From Betaproteobacteria bacterium (GTDB taxonomy: Bacteria > Pseudomonadota > Gammaproteobacteria > Burkholderiales > Burkholderiaceae_C), in the NCBI GenBank assembly GCA_043739385.1, contig JAYUED010000008.1:893-64892 (forward strand): 64,000 nt of DNA, in the 5' to 3' direction. Below the pieces are notes generated by a model that was not told the DNA's origin, made no database searches, and saw only the letters and a list, made by a program, of their open reading frames with translations. The translations under genes and the position numbers were made by a program. This document shows, piece after piece, positions 45,369 through 54,237 of this stretch (its first letter is position 1; every line of letters starts with the position of its first letter).

Positions 45369-46721
45369 ATGCTGATCCTTGGCTGCATTGCTGACGACTA
45401 TGCTGGCGGTCTTGAGCTGGCCAACAACCTGGTTGCGGCTGGCATGCGGGTGACGCAAATTTTGGGTGTGCCTCGCACGCCCTTGGATGAATCGGTTGAT
45501 GCTGTGGTGATCTCGCTCAAGTCGCGTTATGCGCCTCCAGGGGATGCCGTTGTGAGCGTTTTGGACGCTATGTTGTGGCTTAAAACGCAGGGCACCAGCC
45601 AAATTTACTTTTGCTTTAGCCCCACGTTCGACAGCGTGTTTACAGGCGATGAGCCGCACACACGTGGCAACATTGGCCCCGTGATCGACGCGCTGATTGA
45701 AGCTCTGGGGATTGATTTCACCGCTGTGGTGCCCGCTTTTCCCGATAAAGACTGTACGCTGATCAAAGGCCATTTGTTTGTCGGCCAGACCCTGCTCAGT
45801 GAGAGCACTATGCACCAGCATCCGCAAACGCCAATGACGGACTCTAACGCTCTGCGTGTATTGAAAGCGCAGTCCCGGTACAACGTGGGTTTAATTGATC
45901 TGGCGCAGGTGAGCGATAGCAGTATCGCCATCCAGGAGCGCATGGTTGAGCTGCGCTTGAAGCACGTCGAGATGGCGCTCATTGATGCCACCAACACCGA
46001 GGATTTAATGCGTATCGCTGTGGCGGTTAGCACCATGCCATTGCTGTCAGGTAGCCCGGGTTTAGGCCTGTGCTTACCGCAAAATTTTGATTTTGAGCCA
46101 AACCCTTTGGCAAGTCTGTTACCCGCTGCCAGTGGCCGAAGGGCTGTGTTGTGCGGCAGTTGCTCAGATACAAGCAAGCGCCAAATCCAGTATTTTCATG
46201 CCGCTGGCCACCCGGTGATGGCTTTGGATCCGCTGAAGATTAGCAAATTCGGCCCTGCCAAAGTGGCGGTTGCCGCCATGGCCTGGGCCAAGCCTCTGTT
46301 GCAAAGTAGTCCTGTGCTGTTTTACTCGACGGCCGATGAAGCGGCAATTGCTGTGGTGCAAAACCTGCTGGGGGTGGCCGATACAGGCGCACTCGTTGAG
46401 CAGTGCATGGCTGAGATTGCGCGGGGTCTGGTCGCCTTAGGTGTTCGCCAATTGCTGATGGCGGGCAGTGAGACTGGTATCGCTTGTCTGAGTGGACTAG
46501 ACATCCGGCAACTTCGCGTAGGCCCGTTGATCGAACCAGGTATACCGTGGTGCTACAGCACTTTTGCCAGTCTTGTCGGTTCTGTGGACATTGGCCGCAG
46601 GCCTGATGGCACTGCCAATACCCTCGCGGATACCGCCACAGAGGGCTTACATTTCGTGGTGAAGCCCGGCCTGCTGGGCAGTGATGATTTTTTTACCCGC
46701 GCCTTCGATTGGATGCGCTAA
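45369..46721 (+). CDS. DUF1537 (four-carbon acid-sugar kinase) family paralog with degenerate signature motifs
   Basis: Colinear with 33555-34850, but with ADDYAGGLE (vs ADDFTGATD), CFSPTFDS (vs KYCSTFDS), AGSETGI (vs AGGETSG) and KPGLLG (vs KSGNFG). Confidence 0.8.
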   Translation: MLILGCIADDYAGGLELANNLVAAGMRVTQILGVPRTPLDESVDAVVISLKSRYAPPGDAVVSVLDAMLWLKTQGTSQIYFCFSPTFDSVFTGDEPHTRGNIGPVIDALIEALGIDFTAVVPAFPDKDCTLIKGHLFVGQTLLSESTMHQHPQTPMTDSNALRVLKAQSRYNVGLIDLAQVSDSSIAIQERMVELRLKHVEMALIDATNTEDLMRIAVAVSTMPLLSGSPGLGLCLPQNFDFEPNPLASLLPAASGRRAVLCGSCSDTSKRQIQYFHAAGHPVMALDPLKISKFGPAKVAVAAMAWAKPLLQSSPVLFYSTADEAAIAVVQNLLGVADTGALVEQCMAEIARGLVALGVRQLLMAGSETGIACLSGLDIRQLRVGPLIEPGIPWCYSTFASLVGSVDIGRRPDGTANTLADTATEGLHFVVKPGLLGSDDFFTRAFDWMR

Positions 46722-46736
46722 TTTTTGGAGATCGCG

Positions 46737-48239
46737 ATGAACGCACGTGTTGACGCCTCAGTTCTGAATGCCTCGCAAGCCTTGGCGCAAATCACCCAGG
46801 CCTGGGACGACGATATCGTGCCCCGCTTGACGGACTACATCGCCATTCCCGCTAAATCCCCCTCATTTGACAAAGATTGGGCAGCTAACGGCTACCTGGA
46901 CACCGTGGTACGCCAGGCCGCCGCGTGGGTCGAGGCGCAAAAAGTTGACGGCTTGACTTTGGAAGTGCTGCGCTTGCCTGGTCGCACACCGGTTATCTTT
47001 TTTGAAATTGCGGCTTCATCGGGTGCTGGGACCGACAGCAGCAGTCCCGCACCCCGCAGCACCCAAACTGTGCTGATGTATGGCCACCTGGACAAGCAGC
47101 CCGAGTTCACTGGCTGGCGCAATGACCTTGGTCCCTGGACGCCTAAATACATCGATGGCAAGCTCTATGGCCGGGGCGGTGCAGACGACGGCTACGCTAT
47201 TTACGCGAGCATTGCTGCTGTGCAAGCGCTGAAAAGCCAAAACCTGCCGCACCCCCGCATCGTCGGCCTGATCGAAACCTGCGAAGAATCGGGTTCCTAT
47301 GACCTGCTTCCCTACGTGGACGCCCTGCGTAGCTCCGCAAATAATCGTTTGGGCGACGTGGCGCTGGTGATTTGTCTGGACAGTGGTGCGGGCAACTATG
47401 ACCAGCTGTGGCTCACCACCAGCCTGCGCGGCATGGCCGCAGGCGTACTGAAGGTTGAAATCCTTACCGAGGGCATCCATTCTGGCGATGCCTCGGGGCT
47501 GGTTCCTTCTAGTTTTCGCATCATGCGCCAAGTTCTTGACCGCTTGGAAGACAGTGCGACAGGCCGTCTGTTGCCGGCCAGCTTTCATTGCGAGGTGCCA
47601 CCTGAGCGCCTGGTGCAAGCAAAAGCCACCGCAGCTATCCTGGGCGACGAGCTGTACAAGCGGTTTCCTTGGGCGCACTACGACTGCGGTGGTGCCACGA
47701 TGTTCGCACTGCCGACCACCACCAATCCCGTACAAGCGTTGCTTAAGCGCACCTGGGAGCCTACCCTCAGCGTCACAGGTGCAGATGGCTTCCCCGAGAT
47801 GAAGAACGCTGGCAACGTGCTGCGCCCTTATACCGCCTTCAAACTTAGCCTGCGCCTACCACCGTTGGTGGACGCGGGGCAAGCCGTGCAAGAGCTCAAA
47901 GCCTTGCTTGAAGACAATGCCCCCTATCAAGCCCGTGTTACGTTCCAGGGCGAGGGTGGTGCTACAGGCTGGAACGCACCTGACACCGCTCCGTGGTTCG
48001 AGCAGGCTTTGAATGCGGCCAGCCAAGCTCACTTTGGCGCATCTTGTGGCTATATTGGCCAGGGCGGCACCATTCCGCTGATGAATATGCTGAGCCAGGG
48101 CTTTCCCAAGGCCCAAATGATGGTCTGTGGCGTGTTGGGCCCCAAGAGTAACGCTCACGGCCCGAACGAGTTTTTGCATGTGCCTTACGCTAAAAAACTC
48201 ACGGCAGCCGTGGCCCAAGTCATCGCGCAAATGCCATGA
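46737..48239 (+). CDS. M20-family metallopeptidase (dipeptidase-like)
   Basis: LMYGHLDKQP...GRGGADDGY...ETCEESGS. Starts 16 nt after the DUF1537 stop. Confidence 0.88.
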   Translation: MNARVDASVLNASQALAQITQAWDDDIVPRLTDYIAIPAKSPSFDKDWAANGYLDTVVRQAAAWVEAQKVDGLTLEVLRLPGRTPVIFFEIAASSGAGTDSSSPAPRSTQTVLMYGHLDKQPEFTGWRNDLGPWTPKYIDGKLYGRGGADDGYAIYASIAAVQALKSQNLPHPRIVGLIETCEESGSYDLLPYVDALRSSANNRLGDVALVICLDSGAGNYDQLWLTTSLRGMAAGVLKVEILTEGIHSGDASGLVPSSFRIMRQVLDRLEDSATGRLLPASFHCEVPPERLVQAKATAAILGDELYKRFPWAHYDCGGATMFALPTTTNPVQALLKRTWEPTLSVTGADGFPEMKNAGNVLRPYTAFKLSLRLPPLVDAGQAVQELKALLEDNAPYQARVTFQGEGGATGWNAPDTAPWFEQALNAASQAHFGASCGYIGQGGTIPLMNMLSQGFPKAQMMVCGVLGPKSNAHGPNEFLHVPYAKKLTAAVAQVIAQMP

Positions 48240-49147
48240 GGACAGACGATCTGGGTGCGGGCGGTTTTATCCCACCTCATCACCGGCATCCCGCCCCAGC
48301 ATTGCGTTCCACGCTGAATGGCTTGTCTCTGTGTGATTGGCCGCTGCCAGAAGCTGTCCACTCACGTGGCATGGTGCTGATCGTCCATGGCCTGGGCGAG
48401 CACATTGGTCGCTACGACGCTGTTGCCCGTGAGCTCAACGCATGGGGTTTTGCCGTGCGCGGCTACGACCAGTACGGACACGGACTCTCCGAAGGTGCGC
48501 GCGGTAGCCTGCCTAGCGCGACCAAGTTGCTGGACGATTTGACCGCTGTAGTGGCGCATACCCAAGTTAGCCAAGTCGATCGACTTGGGGGGAGTAAGCG
48601 CTTGATCGTGCTCGGGCACAGTTTGGGAGGTTTGGTCGCCAGCCGTTGGGTGTCTCTGCAAACGCAACCGGAGACGTGCATCAGTGGTTTGGTGCTGTCG
48701 TCCCCCGCCTTTGACGCAGGTTTGAATTGGGTGCAAAAAATACTGGTGGCGGTATTGCCCCACTTGCTGCCAAATTTACGTGTGGGTAATGGGCTGGATG
48801 CGGCTTACCTCTCGCATGACTTGGCCCAAGTCGCCGCCTACAAAGCTGACCCGCTGGTACATGACCGCATTGCTGCGCGTCTGGCGCGCTTCATTAGCGA
48901 CGCTGGCCCCACTGTGTTGTTGACCAAAGCCAAAGGCTGGACGGTGAAAACGCTGTTGCTGTACGCGGGAGACGACAAGCTTGCCAGCCCCGAGGGTAGT
49001 CGTGTCTTTGAGGCGTTGGCCCCAGCTGACTTGGTAGACAGCCATTGTTTTGAGCCGCTCTACCATGAACTGTTCAACGAAGCGGAGCCAGGCCGCGCGC
49101 AAGTACTGGCAGCGCTCAAAGGCTGGCTAGACGTGCACTTTCGGTAG
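48236..49147 (+). CDS. Alpha/beta hydrolase (lysophospholipase/monoglyceride-lipase-like)
   Basis: VHGLGEH..RY and nucleophile elbow GHSLGG, with a 4-nt overlap onto the M20 gene. Confidence 0.85.
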   Translation: MRTDDLGAGGFIPPHHRHPAPALRSTLNGLSLCDWPLPEAVHSRGMVLIVHGLGEHIGRYDAVARELNAWGFAVRGYDQYGHGLSEGARGSLPSATKLLDDLTAVVAHTQVSQVDRLGGSKRLIVLGHSLGGLVASRWVSLQTQPETCISGLVLSSPAFDAGLNWVQKILVAVLPHLLPNLRVGNGLDAAYLSHDLAQVAAYKADPLVHDRIAARLARFISDAGPTVLLTKAKGWTVKTLLLYAGDDKLASPEGSRVFEALAPADLVDSHCFEPLYHELFNEAEPGRAQVLAALKGWLDVHFR

Positions 49148-49156
49148 TTTTGCCAG

Positions 49157-49200
49157 TTAAAGATTAGCTGCCCATGAAAGTGGGCATTACAGGCTAACCT
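49157..49200 (+). repeat. Dispersed intergenic repeat, copy E (short)
   Basis: gttaaagatTAGCTGCCCATGaaagtgggcattacaggctaacc. The 12-mer TAGCTGCCCATG is identical to 51939-51950. Confidence 0.4.
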
Positions 49201-49215
49201 TTGGTTTTTTTGGCG

Positions 49216-49761
49216 TTATTTCAACAAACCACCCAGCATCCCCATCAAGTCCCCGCTGTTACCAAAGCCACCCGCAGGCGCTTGACCGTTGGGGGTGAGG
49301 TGATTAATCAAGCCAGGCAAAATTTGCGCCAAAGCCCCAGCTGTATCGCCATGGCCCAGGCCCAATTTGCTGGCCATGTCGCTAATCGTGTCTTGGCCCA
49401 GTGCTTGTGTCACTTGGTCGCCGGTAACGGCTTGGTTTTCGCCATTACCTACCCATGAGCTCATCGCGCCACCTAAACCCGCTTGGTTGAACTTGTCCGT
49501 CAAACCACTCAAACCGCCATGCGAGCCGTTGTTGGACAGCATGCTAATGACTATCGGTGCGAGTACCGGAATCAGCGCGGTGAGGTTCATGCCGCCAGCA
49601 CCATTGCTGTTGCCATTGCCGGTATTGCCACCGCCAAACATTCCTGCCAGCGCACCCAAACCGCCCAAACTACCTAACCCACCCAGGCCACTTTGGCCCT
49701 GTTGGTTGTTCTGCTGTTGGCCGTTCATCACAGCGCCGAGTACGGAATCGAGTAAACCCAT
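49216..49761 (-). CDS. YidB/DUF937-family protein
   Basis: MGLLDSVLGAV..., a Gly/Asn-rich centre, then ...SWVGNGENQAVTGDQVTQALGQDTISDMASKLGL...ILPGLINHLTPNG. RBS aaggag upstream. Confidence 0.8.
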   Translation of the reverse strand: MGLLDSVLGAVMNGQQQNNQQGQSGLGGLGSLGGLGALAGMFGGGNTGNGNSNGAGGMNLTALIPVLAPIVISMLSNNGSHGGLSGLTDKFNQAGLGGAMSSWVGNGENQAVTGDQVTQALGQDTISDMASKLGLGHGDTAGALAQILPGLINHLTPNGQAPAGGFGNSGDLMGMLGGLLK

Positions 49762-49913
49762 GAGAAGCTCCTTGGTAAAAAGTGCTGCAATATAGCCCGC
49801 GCTTATGACGTATGGCGTGTTCGCGGTACACCTCACGGTGGACGCAACACCAATTATTCACGCTTCGCCTGCAATTCACGCTGGCCAAGTGGGTTTGGTT
49901 GCGTTGCCTAGCG

Positions 49914-51086
49914 TTACGTAACGTGATTGGACGCGCGCTGGTGTTGCATCAACCACAGCAGCGCTGCAGCTGTCAGTGCCAGAGGGGCGAGTGAGCCGTA
50001 GTTTAAAAGTGTCCAACCTCGGGTTGTTACCAGCAGACCTGAAGCAAACGAGCTGAGTGCAAGTGTCGCGAACACGCAAAAATTCAACGCACCCTGCGCC
50101 CGGTCTTTTTCCTCAGGGGCATAGGTTTGCAGCGACAGCGTAGTGCTGCCTGTGAACAAGAAATTCCAGCCGATACCTAGCAAAAACAGCCCGGTCACAA
50201 ACTGGTGCAACTCTACCCCCGACAGCGCCACCACGACGCACAGCAGGTTGAGCAAAACGCCTACCGCCATCACGGGCAGAGGGCCAAAGCGTTTGATGAG
50301 GTGGCCGGTGAAAAAGCTAGGTGCAAACATGCCGATCACATGCCATTCCAGTACCAGTGCCGTAGCTGAGAACGGCAAACCGCATTGCTGCATGGCAATC
50401 GGCGTGGCTGCCATGAGCAAGTTCATCACGCCGTAGCTCAACGCGCTGCACGTTGCGGCGATGATGAAAATGGGCTGTCGCATGATGACGGACAAGGGCC
50501 GGCCTCCTGCCAGTGCTTGCCGGGCAGGCGGTGGCGGAAAGTTGATCGCACTCAGAATCGCCATAGAGAGCAACGCCACGCCCGCCAGCGCGAGGTATGC
50601 CCCGGCAAAGGGTGTTGCAATCAGGTTTCTTGTAAATGCCGCCAAATTAGGCCCCGCGACTGCACCGAGCAGCCCGCCAGCCATGACCAGAGACACCGCC
50701 TTTGCCTGACCAGTTCCGCCCGCAAGTTCGGCAGCGGCGAAGCGGTAAAGCTGTGCATTGGCGTTGTAGTAGCCTGCCACCACAGTAGCCAGACAAAGCA
50801 GGCCAAAGTTGCGGTCAAAAGCAGCCCAGGCGCACAACAGCGCCGAGAGCATGGCGACCCCCAGTCCCATTTGAAACGACACTTTGCGCCCAAACCGCCT
50901 CTGCGTATAGGCGACGGGTTGCGTGGAGAGCGCCCCGCCCAGCACATAGCCCATTACTGGCAACGTCGCCATCCATCCCACCGGTGCCAGCGCCAGACCC
51001 ACCAGACCATTGATCGCAATGAAGGTGACGTTATTGGTCAGATACAGACCTTGCGCAACGGCGAGGAGCCAGAGATTTTTATTCAC
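49914..51086 (-). CDS. MFS transporter
   Basis: 390 aa, 12 TM segments. Confidence 0.85.
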   Translation of the reverse strand: MNKNLWLLAVAQGLYLTNNVTFIAINGLVGLALAPVGWMATLPVMGYVLGGALSTQPVAYTQRRFGRKVSFQMGLGVAMLSALLCAWAAFDRNFGLLCLATVVAGYYNANAQLYRFAAAELAGGTGQAKAVSLVMAGGLLGAVAGPNLAAFTRNLIATPFAGAYLALAGVALLSMAILSAINFPPPPARQALAGGRPLSVIMRQPIFIIAATCSALSYGVMNLLMAATPIAMQQCGLPFSATALVLEWHVIGMFAPSFFTGHLIKRFGPLPVMAVGVLLNLLCVVVALSGVELHQFVTGLFLLGIGWNFLFTGSTTLSLQTYAPEEKDRAQGALNFCVFATLALSSFASGLLVTTRGWTLLNYGSLAPLALTAAALLWLMQHQRASNHVT

Positions 51087-51096
51087 AGTTTTGTCC

Positions 51097-51924
51097 CTAT
51101 GTGTGTCCGATGGCGGCGTGCTCTCCCGAGGCGATGACCACCAGCGCTGCCAGCGCGGCTGTCTCCGCCCGAAGCGTGCGTGCGCCCAGCGTTACTGGCA
51201 GGAAGCCCGCAGCCCGCGCTGTGGCTTCTTCCTGAGGACTCAAGCCGCCTTCGGGGCCTGACAGCACCATGACGTCATGATTAGCACCATGATTAGAGCC
51301 AAGTGAAGTGCCATGACTGTGCCCAGCCCATTCAGCCTTTAACATCCCTTGTAGCACCTGCGTATCGGGTTGCAGCGACAAAATAAGTCGTTGTATGGCT
51401 TGCTGTGGATGGCCGTTTGCGACAGGTGCAGCGTTCACCTTCAGCCACGCGCTCAGACTCATGATGGGGTGCACCACGGGCACCTGGTTACGCCCGCACT
51501 GCTCGCAGGCGGCTATCGCGATGCTTTGCCAGTGGAGTTGTTTTTTTTCTGCCCGCTCACCTGTGAGGCGCAGCACGCTGCGCTCGGTCATCAGGGGTTG
51601 GATGCTGGCGACGCCCAACTCGGTGGCTTTTTCCACCAGCCAGTCCATGCGTTCGTTCGCAGGCATGCCCAGCACCACATGGACAGGGATCGCCGCTTCA
51701 CGTTCGACCGGGTCGTGCGCACCTACGATGACCTCCACATCGCTGCGACCCATGCGGGTGATGGTGGCGTTGAATTCACCACCTGCAGAGGCAGTGTCGC
51801 CATTGAACAGTGTCAGCGTATCGCCCGGTTGAAGGCGTAGCACCTGCACGTGGCGCGCTGCCGCTGGGGGTAGGGACAGCGGTGCACCGGTCAACAGGGA
51901 GGTCGGGCAGTAGATTCTGGGCAT
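51097..51924 (-). CDS. rsmE: 16S rRNA (uracil1498-N3)-methyltransferase
   Basis: MPRIYCP...HVQVLRLQPGD...SGPEGGLSP.E...LG.R.LRAETAA. Confidence 0.88.
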   Translation of the reverse strand: MPRIYCPTSLLTGAPLSLPPAAARHVQVLRLQPGDTLTLFNGDTASAGGEFNATITRMGRSDVEVIVGAHDPVEREAAIPVHVVLGMPANERMDWLVEKATELGVASIQPLMTERSVLRLTGERAEKKQLHWQSIAIAACEQCGRNQVPVVHPIMSLSAWLKVNAAPVANGHPQQAIQRLILSLQPDTQVLQGMLKAEWAGHSHGTSLGSNHGANHDVMVLSGPEGGLSPQEEATARAAGFLPVTLGARTLRAETAALAALVVIASGEHAAIGHT

Positions 51925-51926
51925 TG

Positions 51927-51988
51927 CTATGAATAATGTAGCTGCCCATGCTCATGTGGACTGCACACCCAGCCCATTTTTATCAAAG
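51927..51988 (+). repeat. Dispersed intergenic repeat, copy F
   Basis: ctatgaataatgTAGCTGCCCATGctcatgtggactgcacacccagcccatttttatcaaag. Confidence 0.45.
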
Positions 51989-52083
51989 CCGGGTTTGGGG
52001 AGCGCAAGTCCAGCGCTCAGGGCCGGGCAGTCAAGGGTTATTAGCCAGTTTCGCACACCAGCATCTTGCTACCGCTTTAACTC

Positions 52084-52144
52084 CTATTTAAATAGCTACC
52101 AGCGAAGGTTGGACCTACGCTCTAGGCTTATTTCATACTCAATG
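52084..52144 (+). repeat. Dispersed intergenic repeat, copy C
   Basis: ctatttaaatagctaccagcgaaggttggacctacgctctaggcttatttcatactcaatga. Confidence 0.45.
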
Positions 52145-53458
52145 ATCGTCATGCAGGTAGGTCGCTTGACGCGGCAGTAGCAGGCTGACCGCAAAGGCCA
52201 GCGCCACCATACCGGAGACGTACCAGTAAAAGTACGACTCCAGGCCAATGGATTTCAAGCCTAAGGCCACGTACTCGGCGCTGCCGCCGAAAATCGCGTT
52301 ACCTACGGCGTAAGACAGGCCCACACCGAGTGCGCGCACTTCGGAGGGAAACATCTCGGCTTTCACAATGCCGCTCACCGAGGTGTAAAAACTGATTACA
52401 GCCAAGGCGATGGTGATCAGCACACCTGCCAGCACGGGGCTGGTTACGCTTTGCAGTGTGGTCAGGATGGGTACAACCATCAATGTGCCTAGGGCACCAA
52501 ATAAAAGCATGTTGTTGCGCCGCCCAATGCGGTCGGACAGGGCCCCAAACACTGGCTGCATGCACATGTAGAGAAACAGGCAGGCGGTCATCACATTGCT
52601 GGCGGTTTTGATCGACATGCCGGCGGAGTTCACCAGGTATTTCTGCATGTAGGTGGTGAAGGTGTAGAAGATCAGCGAGCCACCAGCGGTGTAACCCAGA
52701 ACCACGAGCAGCGCACGCTTGTGGTTTTTCAGCAGCTCGACCATGCTGCCCGCACCTTTGGCGCTGCGGGTTTGCGCCGTGGTGGTTTCATGCAGCGTGC
52801 GGCGCAGCATGAGTGCGACCACTGCGGTGCAGGCCCCCAGCACGAACGGAATGCGCCAGCCCCAGCTCTTCAGCTCGGCATCATCCAGAAACTGCTGCAA
52901 CACCACCACCACGAGAACCGCCAGCAGCTGCCCGCCGATCAAGGTGACGTACTGGAAAGACGAGAAAAACCCGCGCTGGCCGCGCATCGCCACCTCGCTC
53001 ATGTAGGTGGCGGTGGTGCCGTATTCGCCCCCTACCGACAGGCCTTGCAGCAGCCGCGCCGTTAACAGCAGCACCGGTGCCGCAGCCCCGATGCTGTCGT
53101 AGGTGGGAAGGCAGGCAATCATCAGGGAGCCAGCACACATCATCACCACCGACACCACCATCGAGGTCTTGCGGCCCTTGCGGTCTGCCAAGCGGCCAAA
53201 CAGCCAGCCGCCGATGGGGCGCATCAAAAAGCCTGCGGCAAACACGCCAGCGGTGTTCAGTAATTGGGCTGTTGGGTCGGATTTTGGGAAGAACGCGGGC
53301 GCAAAGTAGATAGCGCAAAACGCGTAGACGTAGAAATCAAACCATTCCACCAGGTTGCCGGACGAGGCGGCGATGATGGCGAAGATGCGCTTGCGCTTTT
53401 CTTCAAAGCTGTAGGGTATGGAGGCTGCGCTAGGAATGGAAGTCGGGATGGCGGTCAT
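52139..53458 (-). CDS. MFS metabolite:H+ symporter (KgtP/ProP-like)
   Basis: [14 protein letters not shown]...[10 protein letters not shown] motifs, 439 aa. Confidence 0.88.
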   Translation of the reverse strand: MTAIPTSIPSAASIPYSFEEKRKRIFAIIAASSGNLVEWFDFYVYAFCAIYFAPAFFPKSDPTAQLLNTAGVFAAGFLMRPIGGWLFGRLADRKGRKTSMVVSVVMMCAGSLMIACLPTYDSIGAAAPVLLLTARLLQGLSVGGEYGTTATYMSEVAMRGQRGFFSSFQYVTLIGGQLLAVLVVVVLQQFLDDAELKSWGWRIPFVLGACTAVVALMLRRTLHETTTAQTRSAKGAGSMVELLKNHKRALLVVLGYTAGGSLIFYTFTTYMQKYLVNSAGMSIKTASNVMTACLFLYMCMQPVFGALSDRIGRRNNMLLFGALGTLMVVPILTTLQSVTSPVLAGVLITIALAVISFYTSVSGIVKAEMFPSEVRALGVGLSYAVGNAIFGGSAEYVALGLKSIGLESYFYWYVSGMVALAFAVSLLLPRQATYLHDDH

Positions 53459-53601
53459 GGAAAAAAGCGTCCTTGTCTCTGGCTACGGCCCGTCGCACGG
53501 GGCCGTTTGAACCTGTACTGCGCAGTGTGCGTCGTCTCTGCAACGCTGTCATCCGTAGCATTGCGTCTGCCCGCTGCGTAGCACTACGCAAGGGTAATTA
53601 C

Positions 53602-54237
53602 TTAGAGCGCATTTTCCCGCAGGAAGCGCTCCAGTTCATGGCTGTTCGACAGGTCCAGCTTGGCAAAGACGTGGGCGCGGTGCGTCTCCACAGTGCGCAG
53701 CTCCAGCGGAGCTAAGTCCAGGGCGATGCGCTTGTTGGGCTTGCCTTCAGCCACCAGCCGGGCCACCTGCATTTCACGCGGCGTCAGTTTGGCCCATTGC
53801 GCTTGTGCGGCCTGCTGGGCATGGCGTTGGGTGGCGATAGCGCTGGACTTCTCCAATGCCTGTGCGATGGTGGAGAGCAGACGTGCGTCGTTGCAGGGCT
53901 TTTCCAGCCAACCGAATGCGCCGTTCTGCACCGCTTCTACCGCCATGGGTATGTCACCGTTGCCGGACAAGAACAGCACTACCAGCGGGCTTCCCTTCGT
54001 CCGCAGTGCCTCAAACACCTTCAGCCCGCTCATGCCGCCTAGGCGCAGGTCCAAAATGGCGCAGCCTGCGCGCTGCACATCGGCCCCGGCCAAAAAGGCC
54101 TCGCCCGAAGCAAAAGCTTGCACCGCGTGGCCGCGCGACAGCAGCAGCAGGCCCAGAGAGCGTCGCACCGCTTCGTCGTCGTCCACAACGTACAGGTTGT
54201 GGGGCAGCAGGTTCACAGCGGAGGACATAGCGGACAT
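53602..54237 (-). CDS. LuxR/FixJ-family response regulator (DctR-like)
   Basis: Receiver domain (VVDDDEAV...ILDLRL) plus a C-terminal HTH (LTPREMQVARLVAEGKPNKRIA). Confidence 0.9.
   Translation of the reverse strand: MSAMSSAVNLLPHNLYVVDDDEAVRRSLGLLLLSRGHAVQAFASGEAFLAGADVQRAGCAILDLRLGGMSGLKVFEALRTKGSPLVVLFLSGNGDIPMAVEAVQNGAFGWLEKPCNDARLLSTIAQALEKSSAIATQRHAQQAAQAQWAKLTPREMQVARLVAEGKPNKRIALDLAPLELRTVETHRAHVFAKLDLSNSHELERFLRENAL

Noticed and set aside
54213-54237. A 25-nt overlap between the histidine kinase and response regulator ORFs, considered as a possible frameshift or fusion.
   Set aside because: Such overlaps are ordinary translational coupling in two-component operons, and both proteins are complete.
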